Assembly: GCA_017998135.1 (NCBI GenBank)
Contig: JAGODS010000001.1
Span: forward strand, 1 to 46,657
Direction: 5' to 3'
DNA: 46,657 nt
DNA from: Bacteroidales bacterium
Lineage (GTDB): Bacteria; Bacteroidota; Bacteroidia; Bacteroidales; JAGODS01
In this document: positions 44,018 to 46,657 of the stretch, piece by piece
Layout of the letters: every line of letters begins with the position of its first letter
Numbering within the stretch: the stretch's first letter is position 1
Notes under the pieces: generated by a model
Database searches by the model: none
Seen by the model: only the letters and a program-made list of their open reading frames with translations
What the model was told of the DNA's origin: nothing
Translations under genes and position numbers: made by a program

Positions 44018-44455
44018 CTATTTTTTGTTAATTTTTTTTAATTCAATTTGAACTGCATCGGCTAAAGTATTGTTTTCCAGTATTCTAACTGACTCATCTC
44101 TAACTTTTTTTAATATATATTTTAGTCCGCAAATATTTTCATCTTTATTATGGCAGCATTTTTTATAATATTTATCAGAAACACAGGGAAGTAGGGCAAT
44201 AGCACCGTCAAAATGCCTGATTATATCCACTAAGTTTACTTTTTCAGGTTTTTTCTTTAGGAAATATCCACCACCTTTGCCTTTTTTACTCATTACTACT
44301 CCCAAAGATTTAAGTTCATACAATATGTTCTCAAGAAATTTTTTTGGAATATTTTCACTCTCAGCAATTTTACTGATTAAAATAGGACCTTTATTATAAT
44401 TTCTCGCAAGCATTAAAAGGGCACATAAAGAGTATTCGGCTTTTTTGGATAACAT
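44018..44455 (-). CDS. Rrf2-family transcriptional regulator, Cys-rich (probable Fe-S or redox sensor)
   Basis: 145 aa. MLSKKAEYSLCALLMLAR and the wHTH region are typical of Rrf2. The Cys cluster is PCVSDKYYKKCCHNKDENICG. Confidence 0.8.
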   Translation of the reverse strand: MLSKKAEYSLCALLMLARNYNKGPILISKIAESENIPKKFLENILYELKSLGVVMSKKGKGGGYFLKKKPEKVNLVDIIRHFDGAIALLPCVSDKYYKKCCHNKDENICGLKYILKKVRDESVRILENNTLADAVQIELKKINKK

Positions 44456-44460
44456 AATAA

Positions 44461-46599
44461 TTATCTTATAATTGTTAATTCATCAATTATATTTTTTGCA
44501 CCTGCATATTTGTCAATTATAAAAAGGCAATATCTGATATCAAGGCAGATATTGCGGCATATAGAGGGGTCATAAAGTATATCGCTCATTGTTCCTTCCC
44601 AGTTGCGGTCAAAATTAAGTCCTATCAGGTTGCCCTCGCCATCTAACACAGGGCTGCCCGAATTGCCGCCGGAAGTATGATTTGAAGCTATAAAACATAC
44701 AGGTATAGTGCCGTTTACTGCATAAATCCCATAATCTTTATTTTTATATAATTCTTTAAGCTGTGAAGGAACAGCATAATCATAAATCTCGGGATTATCT
44801 TTTTCCATTATCCCATCAAGAGTAGTATAATATTTATAATTTACTGCATCTTTAGGCTTATATGCTTCAACTTTGCCAAAAGCCACCCTTAGGGTAGCAT
44901 TGGCATCGGGATAGAAAATCTTGTTTTTCTGCATTTCCATTAAACCTGCCATATAAAGGCGGTTAAGACTGTCTATTTTGGCTGTTATTGGTATTTTCTT
45001 AGTCTGGTAGTTTGCTATATAGTAATCTCTTGCATCATTAGCCAGCCTGCATAAAATATCTTTTGATATTTTTTCATAATCTTTTGATTTCTTGCTTTTC
45101 AAAATTTTAAATAAAATTGTGCTATCAGCGAAAAGTGATTTATCATAAACCCCTTTCATATAATTATTAATGTTTTTCTTATATTTTTTAACAAACAATT
45201 CAGAGAAGAGCGGAGGATATTTATTTTCGGGTATATTAGATACAAAAAGCCTTGTCATCTCAATAAATAATTTTCTGTCAAGGGCAGGATTAAAATTTTT
45301 GTAAAAATCCAAACTTTGCTTTGTATATTTGTTAATATCGTCAGCTTTGCTTTCTTTGTTTAGGTTTACAAATTTTGCAGAAAAATTAATTAATTCATTA
45401 AGCCAAAAAGCTTCAATAAAATAATTTTCCCATTCATTAATTATTTTCTGTTTGTTGTAATATTTGTCATATTCAGTTAGCACAGCAGCATATTTGCTTT
45501 TGTAATAAGGATTAGATAATGCCCAGTTATTAAATTCCTTTTCAAAATTTATTTTTCGTGTTAAGGCATCATTAAGCTTTAAGCCGTAATTCTGTCCAAT
45601 CCATTTTTTCCAGCCATTAGCCAGTCCTGCCTGCTTGGCAGAATACTGTATTCTTACTTGTCTGTCATTATTCATAGCCTGAGTTATAAGATCTAATTTT
45701 TTAGTTCTTATATCAATTTTAATTCTGTTGTCTGTTTCGGTAATAAGCCTGAGAGCATAAGAAGGTATATATTCATAAGTATAAAAAGGATAGCCGTAAA
45801 CCATAGTAAAATCGCCTTCTTTAACACCTTTAGCTGAAATGTTGAGAAACTTTTTAGGCTGGTAGGGTTTGTTGTCTTTTGAATAGGCAGCAGGTTTGTT
45901 ATCTTTATCTGTATAAATTCTGAAAATAGAGAAATCGCCGGTATGACGGGGCCACATCCAGTTGTCTGTATCGCCGCCGAACTTGCCAATTGCTGATGGC
46001 GGAGCTCCCACTAAACGTATATCTTTATAAGTTTCTGTTACATAAAGAAAGTACTGGTTGCCGTAATATAAAGCTTTAACCGAAGCTTCGTAATGAGTAT
46101 CTTTAACAGCGTTATTGACAATATCTGTAATTGCTTCATTGATTAGTTTAGTTCTTTCGCTTTCTTTCATATTGTCTTTAACCTTTAAAAGAACTTTTGC
46201 TGTAACATCTTCCATTCTGACGAGAAAACTGACAGAAAGGTTTTTTGCCGGCAACTCTTCAGACAATTGCCTTGCCCAGAAGCCATTAGTGAGCAGGTCA
46301 TTATCTAAGCTGCTATGTTCCTGAATAGTTCCGTAACCGCAATGATGATTGGTAAAGATAAGCCCTTTATCAGATACCAGTTCGCAGGAACAGCCTCCGC
46401 CGAATAAAGCGACTGCATCCTTAAGACTGGAGTTATTAATACTATAAATAGCCTCGGCAGGCAGTTTAAGACCTTTTTTAACCATTTCCTCGTATTTGGT
46501 ATCTTTAAGCAATATTGGCAACCACATACCTTCATCTGCATGGCTATAATTAAACAAATTAAATAATAATAAAATCAAGTAAAGCCTTAATAAATTCAT
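44461..46599 (-). CDS. S46-family dipeptidyl-peptidase, DPP11-like by the S1-pocket residue
   Basis: 712 aa with a signal peptide followed by ADEGMWLP. The catalytic His is in TNHHCG and the catalytic Ser in GGNSGSPV. Arg lies 18 residues after the Ser (FDRNWE), the position that is Gly in DPP7 and Arg in DPP11. Confidence 0.9.
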   Translation of the reverse strand: MNLLRLYLILLLFNLFNYSHADEGMWLPILLKDTKYEEMVKKGLKLPAEAIYSINNSSLKDAVALFGGGCSCELVSDKGLIFTNHHCGYGTIQEHSSLDNDLLTNGFWARQLSEELPAKNLSVSFLVRMEDVTAKVLLKVKDNMKESERTKLINEAITDIVNNAVKDTHYEASVKALYYGNQYFLYVTETYKDIRLVGAPPSAIGKFGGDTDNWMWPRHTGDFSIFRIYTDKDNKPAAYSKDNKPYQPKKFLNISAKGVKEGDFTMVYGYPFYTYEYIPSYALRLITETDNRIKIDIRTKKLDLITQAMNNDRQVRIQYSAKQAGLANGWKKWIGQNYGLKLNDALTRKINFEKEFNNWALSNPYYKSKYAAVLTEYDKYYNKQKIINEWENYFIEAFWLNELINFSAKFVNLNKESKADDINKYTKQSLDFYKNFNPALDRKLFIEMTRLFVSNIPENKYPPLFSELFVKKYKKNINNYMKGVYDKSLFADSTILFKILKSKKSKDYEKISKDILCRLANDARDYYIANYQTKKIPITAKIDSLNRLYMAGLMEMQKNKIFYPDANATLRVAFGKVEAYKPKDAVNYKYYTTLDGIMEKDNPEIYDYAVPSQLKELYKNKDYGIYAVNGTIPVCFIASNHTSGGNSGSPVLDGEGNLIGLNFDRNWEGTMSDILYDPSICRNICLDIRYCLFIIDKYAGAKNIIDELTIIR

Positions 46600-46616
46600 A
46601 GTTGAAATAATTTCTG

Positions 46617-46624
46617 CAAATATA
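46617..46624 (-). promoter_or_regulatory. Candidate -7 promoter box for the S46 peptidase gene
   Basis: The minus strand reads TATATTTG (TAnnTTTG), ending 17 nt upstream of the ATG at 46599. Confidence 0.4.
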
Positions 46625-46657
46625 TAATATTTTTTTCTTTATATAAATAGAGAGATG

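Noticed and set aside
1-46657. Mobile genetic element, prophage or defence island
   Set aside because: No integrase, transposase, recombinase, phage structural gene, restriction-modification, toxin-antitoxin or nuclease/helicase defence-type gene was recognised. The gene content is housekeeping plus peptidases and the hydrogenase cluster. The repeats lack terminal inverted repeats bracketing a cargo.
1-46657. tRNA, rRNA, tmRNA, RNase P or riboswitch genes in the larger gaps (7576..7906, 15114..15755, 34190..34820, 41343..41783)
   Set aside because: I scanned the gaps by eye for GGTTCGAATCC-type T-arms and for conserved cores of common riboswitches and found none. The gaps are explained mostly by repeat modules. 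A covariance-model scan would be needed to exclude unknown ncRNAs.

Overview
AT-rich (roughly 30-35% GC by eye) chromosomal segment. It is most consistent with an anaerobic, proteolytic member of the Bacteroidota, based on a T9SS type-A C-terminal sorting domain, TAnnTTTG -7 promoter boxes, S46/S9/M28/C1 peptidases and the yicC-gmk-nadD gene order. About 37 intact genes are called, with no rRNA, tRNA, CRISPR, transposase or integrase seen. Four things stand out. (1) A trimeric NuoE/NuoF/HydA-type (electron-bifurcating class) [FeFe]-hydrogenase operon is followed directly by a sensory-hydrogenase-like protein fused to a histidine kinase, then a stand-alone receiver, a receiver-kinase hybrid and Rex. 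(2) A compact minus-strand locus encodes an Rrf2 regulator, a 68-aa protein that is little more than a signal peptide plus a PEP-CTERM-style sorting tail, an exosortase-like membrane protein and a small 4-TM protein. (3) A divergent pair of secreted proteins (a C1 cysteine protease and an FN3 protein) share a C-terminal dockerin-like module instead of a T9SS domain. (4) The intergenic DNA is built from a mosaic of short repeat families. These include two tandem arrays (4 and 5 copies) of a 33-nt hairpin/T-tract core, a 27-bp hairpin family, a ~70-bp element, heptamer tandem repeats and AT-rich palindromes. All functional calls come from motif recognition by eye, since no searches could be run.
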